Shown: positions 34,936-43,485 of the stretch, one piece after another
How positions within the stretch are numbered: position 1 is the stretch's first letter
How the letters are laid out: each line of letters begins with the position of its first letter
Virus record (IMG/VR): IMGVR_UViG_3300025640_000898
Coordinates: 1 to 43,535 of that record
DNA: 43,535 nt
Strand: one strand, 5' to 3'
DNA from: a virus
Taxonomy: Duplodnaviria > Caudoviricetes
Made by a program: the position numbers and the translations under genes
The notes under the pieces: generated by a model
The model's database searches: none
Told to the model about the DNA's origin: nothing
What the model saw: the letters and a program-made list of their open reading frames with translations, nothing else

Positions 34936-35133
34936 ATGTCACAGAAATCAATACTACAGCTTCTTAGTAAAAGCTTAAATTCCTATCAATCAACATGCTG
35001 GCTTAAATCAGAAAATGCAAAGCTAAATGGATCAACTCCAGCCGAATTAATGATGGATAATAAAACAGACAAGGTAATTAAAATATTACCAGATGAAATT
35101 AAAAGAATAAAAAGTAAAAAAAATATTAATTAA
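34936..35133 (+). CDS. Stand-alone MbcA/ParS/Xre antitoxin toxin-binding-like domain
   Basis: WLKSENAKLNGSTPAELM..KVIKIL matches the recalled family pattern WLxxPNxxLxGxxPxxLL. Confidence 0.7.
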   Translation: MSQKSILQLLSKSLNSYQSTCWLKSENAKLNGSTPAELMMDNKTDKVIKILPDEIKRIKSKKNIN

Positions 35134-36628
35134 TATATATCCACTCTTTAGTGCTGTTTGCGTAAAAATAAGGATATATTCTAGGGTTTGACCACATCCA
35201 TCCATAGTTTATGATATAACCCCACACGCCATCTTGACTATCTGGCTGGATATACATCCAGTAGATTTTTGCGTGGTAAATCCACCCATTTGAGAATGGT
35301 AAATAATCTCCAAGCCAAGTACTCTGCCATCCAAGCGAGGTAACTTCCTGAGAAACTTCTTCTGTGGCCACCTCGATAGCTGATTGGGTATTTTCAGAAT
35401 TTGTTTCGTCGCTGACGTCAGGGCCAGTAGATTTAGACAATAATTCTTGATCAAAATACTGGACTGCGGTTGTTGCTTCAAGAACCAAGGAAAGATAATC
35501 TTTATTGCTTGACTGAGAATGAATTTCTTTGATCGAGTTATCGGTTTTAAATTGCCAAGATAATATCCTGAAAGTTCGATTATGTTCATCGTTTCTGATC
35601 CATCCTCCACGATCATCTTTTTGGTAATCTATATTCAAGGAGTTATCCCATGCATACCCATAAATTAATGTGTCCTGAGATAAATTTAATTGGCTAATTT
35701 GTAGGGTTGATTCGCTTGACACGATCTTGCTATCAATAATCCACGCAATATCAACCACACTAGGATCTACAACATTAATTTCTAAAGTATGAGTATTGTT
35801 TACGCTAGAGTTTGTTTCTGTATAGCTGTCTATTGGAGAAACATATTTATAAAGCTGTAGAATAATTTGCTCTCTGTTTACCGCGTGAAAATCTCCAGTA
35901 TTTGAGTTGTTCATTAATCCGTCATAAGATGTTGGTTTAAAATAATTTGCTCCTTCTTTTTGATATGGCTCATTAATTTCATATCCACGAAAGGAATCTT
36001 TGTACCCAATCCAATGACCCCATCTCTGCTTTGCCTCTTCTGATGATCTTGCCATGTTGAACGCATAGTCATACATATATTCTTGTATAGTAGTTTGGTA
36101 TTCATCTCCCGCCATGCCCAGGACATGCCCTATTTCATGCGACACTATACTCGTCCATGGTGCAGCATAGATTAAGCTTGTAGAGCTTCTGTCGAGCGCT
36201 GTACCGAGCCCAAAAACCCTATTTGTTAAAATGGTAGTGCATTCATTTCCTATGTTGAGCTCATCTGTGATCGATAAGCATTTCAACCAATCATTCCAGC
36301 CATCCCAATATCCAAGATTAAAATCAAGCCCAAATGCAGAATTGTTAACGTCTTTTATATCGTCTGGATTATTTAAAGTGCTAACAAGGTCTATTCTATG
36401 AACATTAACAAAATTTTTATACCTATTCCAGAAGGCGTAGTTGCTTTGCATCCCCGACCATATGGTTTCAACATCTTTTTCATAATCAACCATCTCATCA
36501 GCGAAATATCTATCACCAATAAATACTAAATCTAGTCTATTATCAGATGATCCACTATTATGAATCGTTTCGTAAGAAGTTGCAAATAAATTAAAATAAA
36601 AAAATGTAAGTAGTAAATAATATCTCAT
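35126..36628 (-). CDS. Secreted M64 (IgA peptidase-like) zinc metallopeptidase with Trp-rich C-terminal domain
   Basis: Signal peptide; NRLDLVFIGDRY, HEIGHVLGMAGDEY, LMN..FHAVNREQII; C-terminal WQSTWLGDY..GWIYH..WMY..GWMWS..YPYFY. Confidence 0.8.
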   Translation of the reverse strand: MRYYLLLTFFYFNLFATSYETIHNSGSSDNRLDLVFIGDRYFADEMVDYEKDVETIWSGMQSNYAFWNRYKNFVNVHRIDLVSTLNNPDDIKDVNNSAFGLDFNLGYWDGWNDWLKCLSITDELNIGNECTTILTNRVFGLGTALDRSSTSLIYAAPWTSIVSHEIGHVLGMAGDEYQTTIQEYMYDYAFNMARSSEEAKQRWGHWIGYKDSFRGYEINEPYQKEGANYFKPTSYDGLMNNSNTGDFHAVNREQIILQLYKYVSPIDSYTETNSSVNNTHTLEINVVDPSVVDIAWIIDSKIVSSESTLQISQLNLSQDTLIYGYAWDNSLNIDYQKDDRGGWIRNDEHNRTFRILSWQFKTDNSIKEIHSQSSNKDYLSLVLEATTAVQYFDQELLSKSTGPDVSDETNSENTQSAIEVATEEVSQEVTSLGWQSTWLGDYLPFSNGWIYHAKIYWMYIQPDSQDGVWGYIINYGWMWSNPRIYPYFYANSTKEWIYIN

Positions 36629-36675
36629 CTATGAATTATCTCATATATTATGAGACAAGTCAAGATTATATTTTT

Positions 36676-37218
36676 CTAACTTGGTACGATTGAGACTTGC
36701 CCAGTCAGCCCGCATTTTTGGATGCCAAGCTGAGTTCTGATGATTAAAGAGTTTTTCGTGCAAGATACATACATAAGTAAATTTCTTCTCATCTTGTATG
36801 CCGAGACCGTCATTCCTGACTGTATTTGTATCTCTGACCCCCCTACGGTTATTGATTGCCCACCAAAGGAAATCACATTCAATCCAGCGATTTTGGTTAT
36901 GACAAAGTCGCGGGATTGGTCGGTGTTAAATGTCTCACGCCGTGATACTTCCAGATTTAATACTCCCGCAGAAGTAGTGTCGAACATATTGGTTACAGTG
37001 ATTGTTTTGCTGAAGGTAGAGGAGGGGGTCCATCTTTCTGAGATAACAGTTGGTGCGCCGGTTGAAGATCCATAAGAAACGGTTGTGCTGGAGTTTATAA
37101 GTTGATCGACGGTTACTTTATATGTTGAGCCATCCGCCTTTTGTATGATCAAGAAATCTGAAGCTGCGTCAATATTGCTTCCGATTAAATCTAAGTCTTT
37201 AATTTGCTTGTTTGCCAT
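36676..37218 (-). CDS. Putative tail/fibre-associated structural protein
   Basis: MANKQIKDL..DFLIIQ..TYKVTVDQL N-terminus typical of fibre proteins; Ser/Thr-rich beta sequence; GTGTA motif. Confidence 0.55.
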   Translation of the reverse strand: MANKQIKDLDLIGSNIDAASDFLIIQKADGSTYKVTVDQLINSSTTVSYGSSTGAPTVISERWTPSSTFSKTITVTNMFDTTSAGVLNLEVSRRETFNTDQSRDFVITKIAGLNVISFGGQSITVGGSEIQIQSGMTVSAYKMRRNLLMYVSCTKNSLIIRTQLGIQKCGLTGQVSIVPS

Positions 37219-37369
37219 ATCAGTATATATACACTATTTCTAATAAATAAAAGGTTCCTGCAGAAACTCTCTGCATTTTATTATTGTATAATACATATTA
37301 ATTTAATTACATTCTATTAAAAAATAATTTCAAACATAGAATATATCATATATTACATTACTATATTAC

Positions 37370-37597
37370 ATGAACAATCAATTGGGAATAACAAGTATAT
37401 TGCTTTTACTGTTTTACGTGGGATGGTTCGCATGGGATCAAAGAACAATAATAGAAAAACAAAATCAAGAAATAATAAAATTACAACAACAATTAATATT
37501 TAAAAACATAGTATTGGACGCTGCGCTTCAAGATATAAGTGAACCAGTTAATAAACAAATATATAATTCGCCGCAAAAGTTCTTTAATCTTCAATAA
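37370..37597 (+). CDS. Small membrane-anchored coiled-coil protein
   Basis: N-terminal TM followed by heptad Q/I/L repeats. Confidence 0.6.
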   Translation: MNNQLGITSILLLLFYVGWFAWDQRTIIEKQNQEIIKLQQQLIFKNIVLDAALQDISEPVNKQIYNSPQKFFNLQ

Positions 37598-37635
37598 TAA
37601 ACTTTAATTTTTAACAATAACTTATAATATAATAT

Positions 37636-37950
37636 ATGACAACAGCAACACAAGAACCCGAACAAGAAAAAATAGATAACGCCGCCGAAGAAGGGCAATA
37701 TACTTCAGAGCAAAATATTGCAATAACTCATTTGGCAAACAAAATGCTTGGCAATGTAAATTTATCAGAAGCATTCTCACTCGTTCCACTTGGTCAAATA
37801 ATTAATTTAGTTCAACAACAAGTTATTCAACAAGCAAAAAAGCAAGTCGAAGATATGAGTGACGAAGAAATTAAAAAAACAATTGAAGAAGGAGATGCCT
37901 CTCTAGCAGAAGCTCAAGCTCAAGCTCAAGCTGATCAGCTTCAGAATTAA
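37636..37950 (+). CDS. Acidic hypothetical protein
   Basis: 104-aa ORF with phage-like codon usage. Confidence 0.65.
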   Translation: MTTATQEPEQEKIDNAAEEGQYTSEQNIAITHLANKMLGNVNLSEAFSLVPLGQIINLVQQQVIQQAKKQVEDMSDEEIKKTIEEGDASLAEAQAQAQADQLQN

Positions 37951-38261
37951 GCTTTTAGACTTCTAAGGGTATAAATAATATCCTTAAAGTTATCATAATT
38001 TATACGATCCGTTTTGTAATTTGCACCACGGGTCGTTTTTATTGTATAGCCGCTTTGCTTTTCGCTATCAAGAACAAGTTGAGATATAAAATCATGTGCG
38101 CCATGGGATTTTAACCAATTCCAATATATTGCACGAGTTCCTGGTTTACATTCAAGTAATACATCTTCAAAAATAAATAATTTACTAAATAATGTAATAT
38201 CGCGAAAACATGTTATTTCGCTAGGGGGTTCGCTTAAGCAAGATTCGATAATCAAAATCAT
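37947..38261 (-). CDS. Hypothetical protein
   Basis: 104-aa ORF with GTGTA-N9-ATG upstream. Confidence 0.65.
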   Translation of the reverse strand: MILIIESCLSEPPSEITCFRDITLFSKLFIFEDVLLECKPGTRAIYWNWLKSHGAHDFISQLVLDSEKQSGYTIKTTRGANYKTDRINYDNFKDIIYTLRSLKA

Positions 38262-38288
38262 GTAATAAATTACACGAGAATATCAGAC

Positions 38289-38603
38289 TTAGCTGTCTTC
38301 TTGATTTTTAAGAAAATCTTCGTATCCCGGAGGAAGAGGAGGAATGAAAACGGCCGCTTCGTCCTGTTCTTGCACTAAAGATTCTTCTTTATTCGAATGA
38401 TCCAGCGTTGGGTCCTGCGTTGGGTCCTGCGTTGGGTCCTGCGGCAGATAGCACGCTGGGTCCTGCGGATTAAAACCTTCGCATATTTCATGGCAGTGAA
38501 GTTCTTTGTTTGAACTGTATTCCTCGCAGGTTAAATTTCCAAGCCCTGTACAAAAGTAGCCCTCATGGTTTCCCATGCAGTTATATGTTTTATATAATTT
38601 CAT
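38289..38603 (-). CDS. Cys-rich hypothetical protein with QDPT repeats (downstream of fibre gene)
   Basis: 104-aa ORF, six Cys, (QDPT)x3. Confidence 0.6.
   Translation of the reverse strand: MKLYKTYNCMGNHEGYFCTGLGNLTCEEYSSNKELHCHEICEGFNPQDPACYLPQDPTQDPTQDPTLDHSNKEESLVQEQDEAAVFIPPLPPGYEDFLKNQEDS
38405..38443. repeat. 12-bp tandem repeat x3 (GCGTTGGGTCCT)
   Basis: Direct observation; encodes QDPT on the minus strand. A fourth degenerate copy lies near 38454. Confidence 0.9.
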
Positions 38604-38628
38604 TTTTTAAATTTTTGTGTTTAGAATA

Positions 38629-40137
38629 TTAGGCGGCGGCGTATCTCTGGGTAACAGCGTAGGGGGCATAATGAACCCCCTCGAATACCTGAGCGTTACC
38701 CTGCATCAGAATACCAGAAGCGCGAGTGCCGTTTGAGCTTAACGCGTTGTACCGCATACTTAAGCCTCGGTCCCATATTCCCCCTTGTCCTCCAGCATGC
38801 CAAAAACTATAATAGTTATAACCATGCGGAGATAATGTTATCATTCCTTTATCAATAACTCCAAGAAAATATGGATTCCCTCCTGCAACACCATAAGCAA
38901 TCATAAGCGCACTGCCGACATTGTAAAGTTTTGCTCCGCCTTCACCAACCAATATTGGAGTATAAGGACCCGAAAAATTTCCCCAACTTGATCCGGCGGA
39001 TTGCTGAGTCCAATTGTACATTGCAACATTATTTAATGTTGTTACTTTTGCTCCGGTTCTAATCATTGAACCGACATAACCGGTTTCTCGTACTTGAAAG
39101 TCAAGCCATATGTTATTTATGTAAACTTTTTTTGGATATCTAAACCAAAAAGGAATTCCTGAGTCAGAAGGATAAACATTTGTGATCATACGGCATCGAT
39201 CGTGTGGACAAAAAACATAATTTCTCCAATTTCCATATCCCGGATTTGCAACTTCCTCGGTTTGGTCATGAGTCAGGCCGACTCCGCTTCCAAGATAAGT
39301 TTTTCCATTAGCGGTAAAATTGCTTACCCCGATCTTTTTTCCAGAGCCAGTAAATCCCCAACCAGTATTTCCTCTTAAATTTCCATAAAAATACACATCA
39401 TCAAAAGGTTCCCATTCGGCACCTCCTGCTATTGCCGGGGTTGGTCTATCACCTTTTGAGGTTCGATTCCAATAAAAAAAAGAAGTCTGCGTTGAACTTG
39501 CAAAATTCCCACCGCAACAAAAAGCGACGTTTTTAGCTGTGCTATATCGAGCGAGCCATTTGTATGCGTCTGTTCCGTACTTAAAAGGAAAATTTACCAT
39601 TGTAACCATCACCGCACCGCTACTCGTAGTAACCCAATCTGATACGTTGTATGCAACCAAAAGATCTCGAGTAACTAAAAAATTTCCAGAACCTACAGAA
39701 GTAAGATTAAGAGGAGCTCCTCCGCTTGTGGTTTTTAGTTTAATAGTGTTGCCGTTAACAACCTGGGCGTAATAATCTACACCAAGTTCAATTCCTCCAG
39801 GAAGAGAGCCTCCTCCGGAAATTGGTGATTTGATACGCACTACTCCATTTTCTTCAAATCCGTGACTCGCAACTACGATTGTGTTGTTGGCTACAGATAC
39901 GGTTGAGGCAGAAGCAGCGACGGTTCTATCGTTTGGACCCAGAGACCCATCCGATACCCCTGTTTCGAAATTGCGTACAAAAACTATACCCGAGTAACCG
40001 GAACTTAATGTTTGACTAATCCCGAAGCCATCAGCTAGCTGAAGTTGATTTTCAACAGAAACTGTAACGTTTCGCTGCGGGTTATTTTCCATATCATCTA
40101 CTTTTGTAGCGACCGCTTCTAAACTATAATTTGACAT
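38629..40137 (-). CDS. Putative tail fibre/receptor-binding protein
   Basis: 502 aa, Gly/Ser/Thr/Asn/aromatic-rich; NTIVVASHGF..LPGGI..DYYAQVVNGNTIKL module common in phage tail proteins; GTGTA motif. Confidence 0.65.
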   Translation of the reverse strand: MSNYSLEAVATKVDDMENNPQRNVTVSVENQLQLADGFGISQTLSSGYSGIVFVRNFETGVSDGSLGPNDRTVAASASTVSVANNTIVVASHGFEENGVVRIKSPISGGGSLPGGIELGVDYYAQVVNGNTIKLKTTSGGAPLNLTSVGSGNFLVTRDLLVAYNVSDWVTTSSGAVMVTMVNFPFKYGTDAYKWLARYSTAKNVAFCCGGNFASSTQTSFFYWNRTSKGDRPTPAIAGGAEWEPFDDVYFYGNLRGNTGWGFTGSGKKIGVSNFTANGKTYLGSGVGLTHDQTEEVANPGYGNWRNYVFCPHDRCRMITNVYPSDSGIPFWFRYPKKVYINNIWLDFQVRETGYVGSMIRTGAKVTTLNNVAMYNWTQQSAGSSWGNFSGPYTPILVGEGGAKLYNVGSALMIAYGVAGGNPYFLGVIDKGMITLSPHGYNYYSFWHAGGQGGIWDRGLSMRYNALSSNGTRASGILMQGNAQVFEGVHYAPYAVTQRYAAA

Positions 40138-40372
40138 AATTATTTATACACTTTGTTTTGAGTTTGTGAGATTAGATTAATTATTCAATTATTATTTACT
40201 TATTTCTTGTTGGAATTTTTCGTCAAAATCTATATCAATGTTTTCTTGTTTTTCTTCTGACGATGAAATTGCCATGGCTATTGTAACAATAATCGTTGCG
40301 CCCAGTCTACGACTTGACTTAAAGAATTTAATTGTTCATTAACTTCTATTTTTGGCAAATATGTTTCTTCGT

Positions 40373-41104
40373 TCATTTTTTATTTTGGATTTTTGTTATT
40401 ACATATTTTAATATTTCACTTCTCATTATGTCTTCTGCTCCAAAATGAAATGTATGAATTCCTCGTTCTTTACTCTCTTCATCATCGAAAATACGATACA
40501 TATCTGCAAATCCACTTTTTCCATTGATATCGCTTTGCATTGGATCTCCACAAATAATTAATTTACTGCCGCGACCAAGTCGGGTCATTAAAGTAGTAAG
40601 CTCTTTGAATGTGAAATTCTGAGATTCATCCGCGATTACGATTTCGTCCATCCAACTGGCGCCGCGAAGGTAATTTACAGGCATTCCTTTGATAATATCC
40701 TTTTCTCTTAAAATACTGGCTTGGCCAGGAACCAAAAGCTCGTCGAGTTTTTCGTTCATTGGCATCATATATGGATTAATCTTCTCGGCCATTTCTCCAG
40801 GAAGTGCGCCAAGGCTTTTTTCGCCACTTTCTGCGATTGTGCGTACATATGTAATGCCATTATCATTATTCATATTGTATAATTGTAATGCTCCATATAT
40901 TGCTATATAAGTTTTACTTGTGCCCGCAGGGCCACTGATGAATACGATACTTGTTTCTTTATCAAATATTATTTTCAATAAAGCTAGTTGTTTGTCAGTT
41001 AGGCTTAGTTTTTTCAGCTTGACGTTTCTTTTATGCAGAGAGGATGCGATCTTCTTGATCTCGTCCTCGTCTGTTATCTCGGGTTTTTTACGTTTTCGAG
41101 CCAT
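40373..41104 (-). CDS. phoH: PhoH-like ATPase
   Basis: GPAGTSKT, LGALPG, YLRGASW, DESQN, LMTRLG, GDPMQSD. Start re-assigned to ATG 41104 (MARKRKK). Confidence 0.92.
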   Translation of the reverse strand: MARKRKKPEITDEDEIKKIASSLHKRNVKLKKLSLTDKQLALLKIIFDKETSIVFISGPAGTSKTYIAIYGALQLYNMNNDNGITYVRTIAESGEKSLGALPGEMAEKINPYMMPMNEKLDELLVPGQASILREKDIIKGMPVNYLRGASWMDEIVIADESQNFTFKELTTLMTRLGRGSKLIICGDPMQSDINGKSGFADMYRIFDDEESKERGIHTFHFGAEDIMRSEILKYVITKIQNKK

Positions 41105-41386
41105 TTGATTATATAAAAATACACTATTTTTTAATAGTGGCCGGATTTTTTTTGGATCGACGAATATGTTATAATTTATTAGACTCATTTTCATATTGAA
41201 AAAAGGCACCCCCCGCACTTTGTGCACAATACAATTAAAAAATGAATTCATTTAATGGGTAGGGTCACAGGGGGGGGAGGGGTACAGAATACCTAATAAA
41301 TAAAACTTTTTTCACTTTTTTTTTCTATGTTTTCGTAAGTATATAATAATCAATAGTTTACAACACAAAGTTTTTTTGCTTCAGGC

Positions 41387-41414
41387 TTGACTTTTGGTCA
41401 GAATATGTTAGATT
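41387..41414 (+). promoter_or_regulatory. Early sigma70-type promoter
   Basis: TTGACT-N16-TAGATT(GTAT). Confidence 0.6.
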
Positions 41415-41460
41415 GTATATATAAGATTAATTAAATAAAGAATACAATAAAATAAATAAT

Positions 41461-41676
41461 ATGAAATCATCACAACCTAAATTCGCCTCCAATCCAAACG
41501 CCGACATGGTGCTTCATGCTCTAACACTTGAAGAGTTGAACGAGGAATTTACCCTCGCCCGTCTCTCGTTAATGGATCTTGAAGAAGGATCCGAAGAACA
41601 CGCAGAACGCGAAGCGTATCTTGAAACCGTTAACGATTTCAGAATCGAAGCAATCGGTATCTCCGAATTCGCTTAA
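41461..41676 (+). CDS. Small acidic early protein
   Basis: 71 aa, Glu-rich; AT-rich AAATAAT leader. Confidence 0.7.
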   Translation: MKSSQPKFASNPNADMVLHALTLEELNEEFTLARLSLMDLEEGSEEHAEREAYLETVNDFRIEAIGISEFA

Positions 41677-41706
41677 ACTTTAACACTAACATAATAAAAT
41701 AATAAT

Positions 41707-41832
41707 ATGAATTACGACATACTTCTTTTAATCCTTCCTTGGCTGTTTCCTTTCTTCCTTATGTTTCGGTCTATGACTGACAAACAAACAGATCTTTTTA
41801 AAAATAATAATAACGAAAATAAAGTAAAATAA
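41707..41832 (+). CDS. Small membrane peptide (41 aa, not in ORF track)
   Basis: MNYDILLLILPWLFPFFLMFRS...; same AATAAT-ATG leader as its neighbours. Confidence 0.5.
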   Translation: MNYDILLLILPWLFPFFLMFRSMTDKQTDLFKNNNNENKVK

Positions 41833-41835
41833 AGT

Positions 41836-41864
41836 TTGCGTTTCCTTAGTTTATGTGTTACATT
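41836..41864 (+). promoter_or_regulatory. Early sigma70-type promoter
   Basis: AAAATAAAGT-TTGCGT-N17-TACATT(GTAT). Confidence 0.65.
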
Positions 41865-41911
41865 GTATGTATAAGATAAATTAAATAATAACAATAAAAT
41901 AATAAAATAAT

Positions 41912-42082
41912 ATGTATAAGAAAAATGATATCGTACTCGCAAAAGATAATAACACTTACCAAGTGATCGAAGAATTCACTAATGACCGATTAGGCAAGCA
42001 AGTTCTTTGCCGTCTTTATCGATCACAAAAGCGTGTTGCGTTCATGCCTTGGCAAATTAAAATTCATCCTTTATTCGCTTAA
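41912..42082 (+). CDS. Small early protein (56 aa, not in ORF track)
   Basis: MYKKNDIVLAKDNNTYQVIEEF...HPLFA; AATAAT-ATG leader; behind promoter 41836. Confidence 0.6.
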   Translation: MYKKNDIVLAKDNNTYQVIEEFTNDRLGKQVLCRLYRSQKRVAFMPWQIKIHPLFA

Positions 42083-42140
42083 TGCTTGACATAATCATTT
42101 TATCTGCCATAATAGGATTAATAATAACAATAATAGAATC

Positions 42141-42449
42141 ATGCGAAAAGTAACAGAACAAATCAAACAAGCCTTTAATAACGGCACATCTTTAAAAGTC
42201 GGCAATACACGCACAGACGGGCAAACCGTTTGGCTACATGGCAACGCCATTATCAAGCGTGACCCTGACGGGTTGGTGCGTTGGTCGCTTGCAGGATGGA
42301 ACACGCCCACCACACGCGAACGCGTCAATGGTATAGCGAATGCAGATGTTTGCCAATTCAAATTCGAGCCTGTACTAAATGGTCAAGTGATTGACTCATC
42401 CGATTGGTTCGCATCGCCTAATAAGTTGCCCGATCCTCTAGTATTCTAA
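42141..42449 (+). CDS. Hypothetical early phage protein
   Basis: 102 aa; LHGNAI..LAGWNTPTTRERVNG; followed by a terminator. Confidence 0.75.
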   Translation: MRKVTEQIKQAFNNGTSLKVGNTRTDGQTVWLHGNAIIKRDPDGLVRWSLAGWNTPTTRERVNGIANADVCQFKFEPVLNGQVIDSSDWFASPNKLPDPLVF

Positions 42450-42475
42450 GCTCTCACATAGTTGACCTATACAAC

Positions 42476-42497
42476 AGCCCACTATGTGGGCTTTTTT
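42476..42497 (+). terminator. Rho-independent terminator
   Basis: AGCCCAC-tat-GTGGGCT-TTTTT. Confidence 0.85.
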
Positions 42498-42537
42498 GTG
42501 TCCTATCCTGCCATAGCATTGTGCAGTCGGTCTTGTC

Positions 42538-42616
42538 GTAAGTTCTTGAATGCCAACAACTTAGGGAAAAAATCCCTGGGCGGTTTTCCGTAACTCGTTG
42601 AACGGCAACGACTTAC
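42538..42616. repeat. Two 27-bp imperfect palindromes GTAAST-NN-TTG-N5-CAA-NN-ACTTAS
   Basis: 42538-42564 GTAAGTTCTTGAATGCCAACAACTTAG and 42590-42616 GTAACTCGTTGAACGGCAACGACTTAC; degenerate third copy at 41335-41361. Confidence 0.7.
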
Positions 42617-42707
42617 AACAGAATCGATACAGATTCCGTGCCAACTTCGCAACAAAATCGCAACAGGATTGTGCAAAAACATAGTTGAAAGGTAAGTGAG
42701 AAAAAGC

Positions 42708-42736
42708 TTGTGTTTTGCCGTTTTCTCTGATACATT
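42708..42736 (+). promoter_or_regulatory. Early sigma70-type promoter (leaderless)
   Basis: TTGTGT-N17-TACATT(GTAT), ATG 42743. Confidence 0.55.
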
Positions 42737-42742
42737 GTATAT

Positions 42743-42973
42743 ATGATTAAGAATAATAAAGTTGAAGAAATAAAACAAGAATTGAATTTGGATCTCGACC
42801 TTGGCTTGGCATTGGCTGAAGCTGAAGGCAACCTGAACCACTTGGCTCGCGAGTCAAATTCATCCGATTGGAAAGGTACAATCACGCAAGGCATAACAAT
42901 TCTTGACGCATTAAACGCAGTACAAAAAGCGAGAAAAGCTTTTCAGAAAATAAAGCAAAATAAATCAAAATAA
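42743..42973 (+). CDS. Small early protein
   Basis: 76-aa helical ORF behind a promoter. Confidence 0.7.
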   Translation: MIKNNKVEEIKQELNLDLDLGLALAEAEGNLNHLARESNSSDWKGTITQGITILDALNAVQKARKAFQKIKQNKSK

Positions 42974-42976
42974 AGT

Positions 42977-43005
42977 TTGCAATTACGCCCGAACTATGTT
43001 ACCTT
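42977..43005 (+). promoter_or_regulatory. Early sigma70-type promoter
   Basis: AAAATAAAGT-TTGCAA-N17-TACCTT. Confidence 0.6.
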
Positions 43006-43036
43006 TAGGTATAGAATAAATTAAATAATAAATAAT

Positions 43037-43222
43037 ATGAATTCATCATCAATAAAATTCCGTATCAGAGAAACTGAAACAGACATCCGTAACGCTACCG
43101 ATTCCTTAGAAATCGCCCGACTTGAGAAAGATCTCAAAGAGTGGAAACTCCATTTGCACAACGCTCAAATGATCGAACTCGAAGAGCGAGTTGGTTTTAG
43201 ATCAATGGAGCGAAACGCTTAA
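43037..43222 (+). CDS. Small early coiled-coil protein
   Basis: 61 aa; AAATAAT-ATG leader. Confidence 0.7.
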   Translation: MNSSSIKFRIRETETDIRNATDSLEIARLEKDLKEWKLHLHNAQMIELEERVGFRSMERNA

Positions 43223-43242
43223 TCTTTTAAAAATTAAATAAT

Positions 43243-43431
43243 ATGAATAAAATACAAGTAAGAATAAAAGAATGGTCAACCCATACTTCAGTAAAAATCT
43301 TCGATCAAGGCATCGACTCAAACGGCAATGATCGCCCAAGGGTTCGGACTGCATCAAGTCAATCGCATCTTGATAAGATCATGCGAGACGAAGGTCTCAA
43401 TCAATTTCGCTTTAATGTCGTCTTTCAATAA
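43243..43431 (+). CDS. Small early protein
   Basis: 62 aa; AAATAAT-ATG leader. Confidence 0.7.
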   Translation: MNKIQVRIKEWSTHTSVKIFDQGIDSNGNDRPRVRTASSQSHLDKIMRDEGLNQFRFNVVFQ

Positions 43432-43456
43432 TAAGAAAAAAAAAGTAAAATAAAGT

Positions 43457-43485
43457 TTGACTTTCAACCAAAACTAGATTAAATT
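43457..43485 (+). promoter_or_regulatory. Early sigma70-type promoter
   Basis: AAAATAAAGT-TTGACT-N17-TAAATT(GTAT). Confidence 0.65.

Noticed and set aside
42560-42569. CTTAGGGAAA match to the array constant region
   Set aside because: Only 10 nt, expected by chance, and part of the palindrome flank.
42628-42643. Second sigma54-like site on the minus strand (TGGCACG-GAAT-CTGTA)
   Set aside because: Lacks the invariant -12 GC and has no credible downstream gene.
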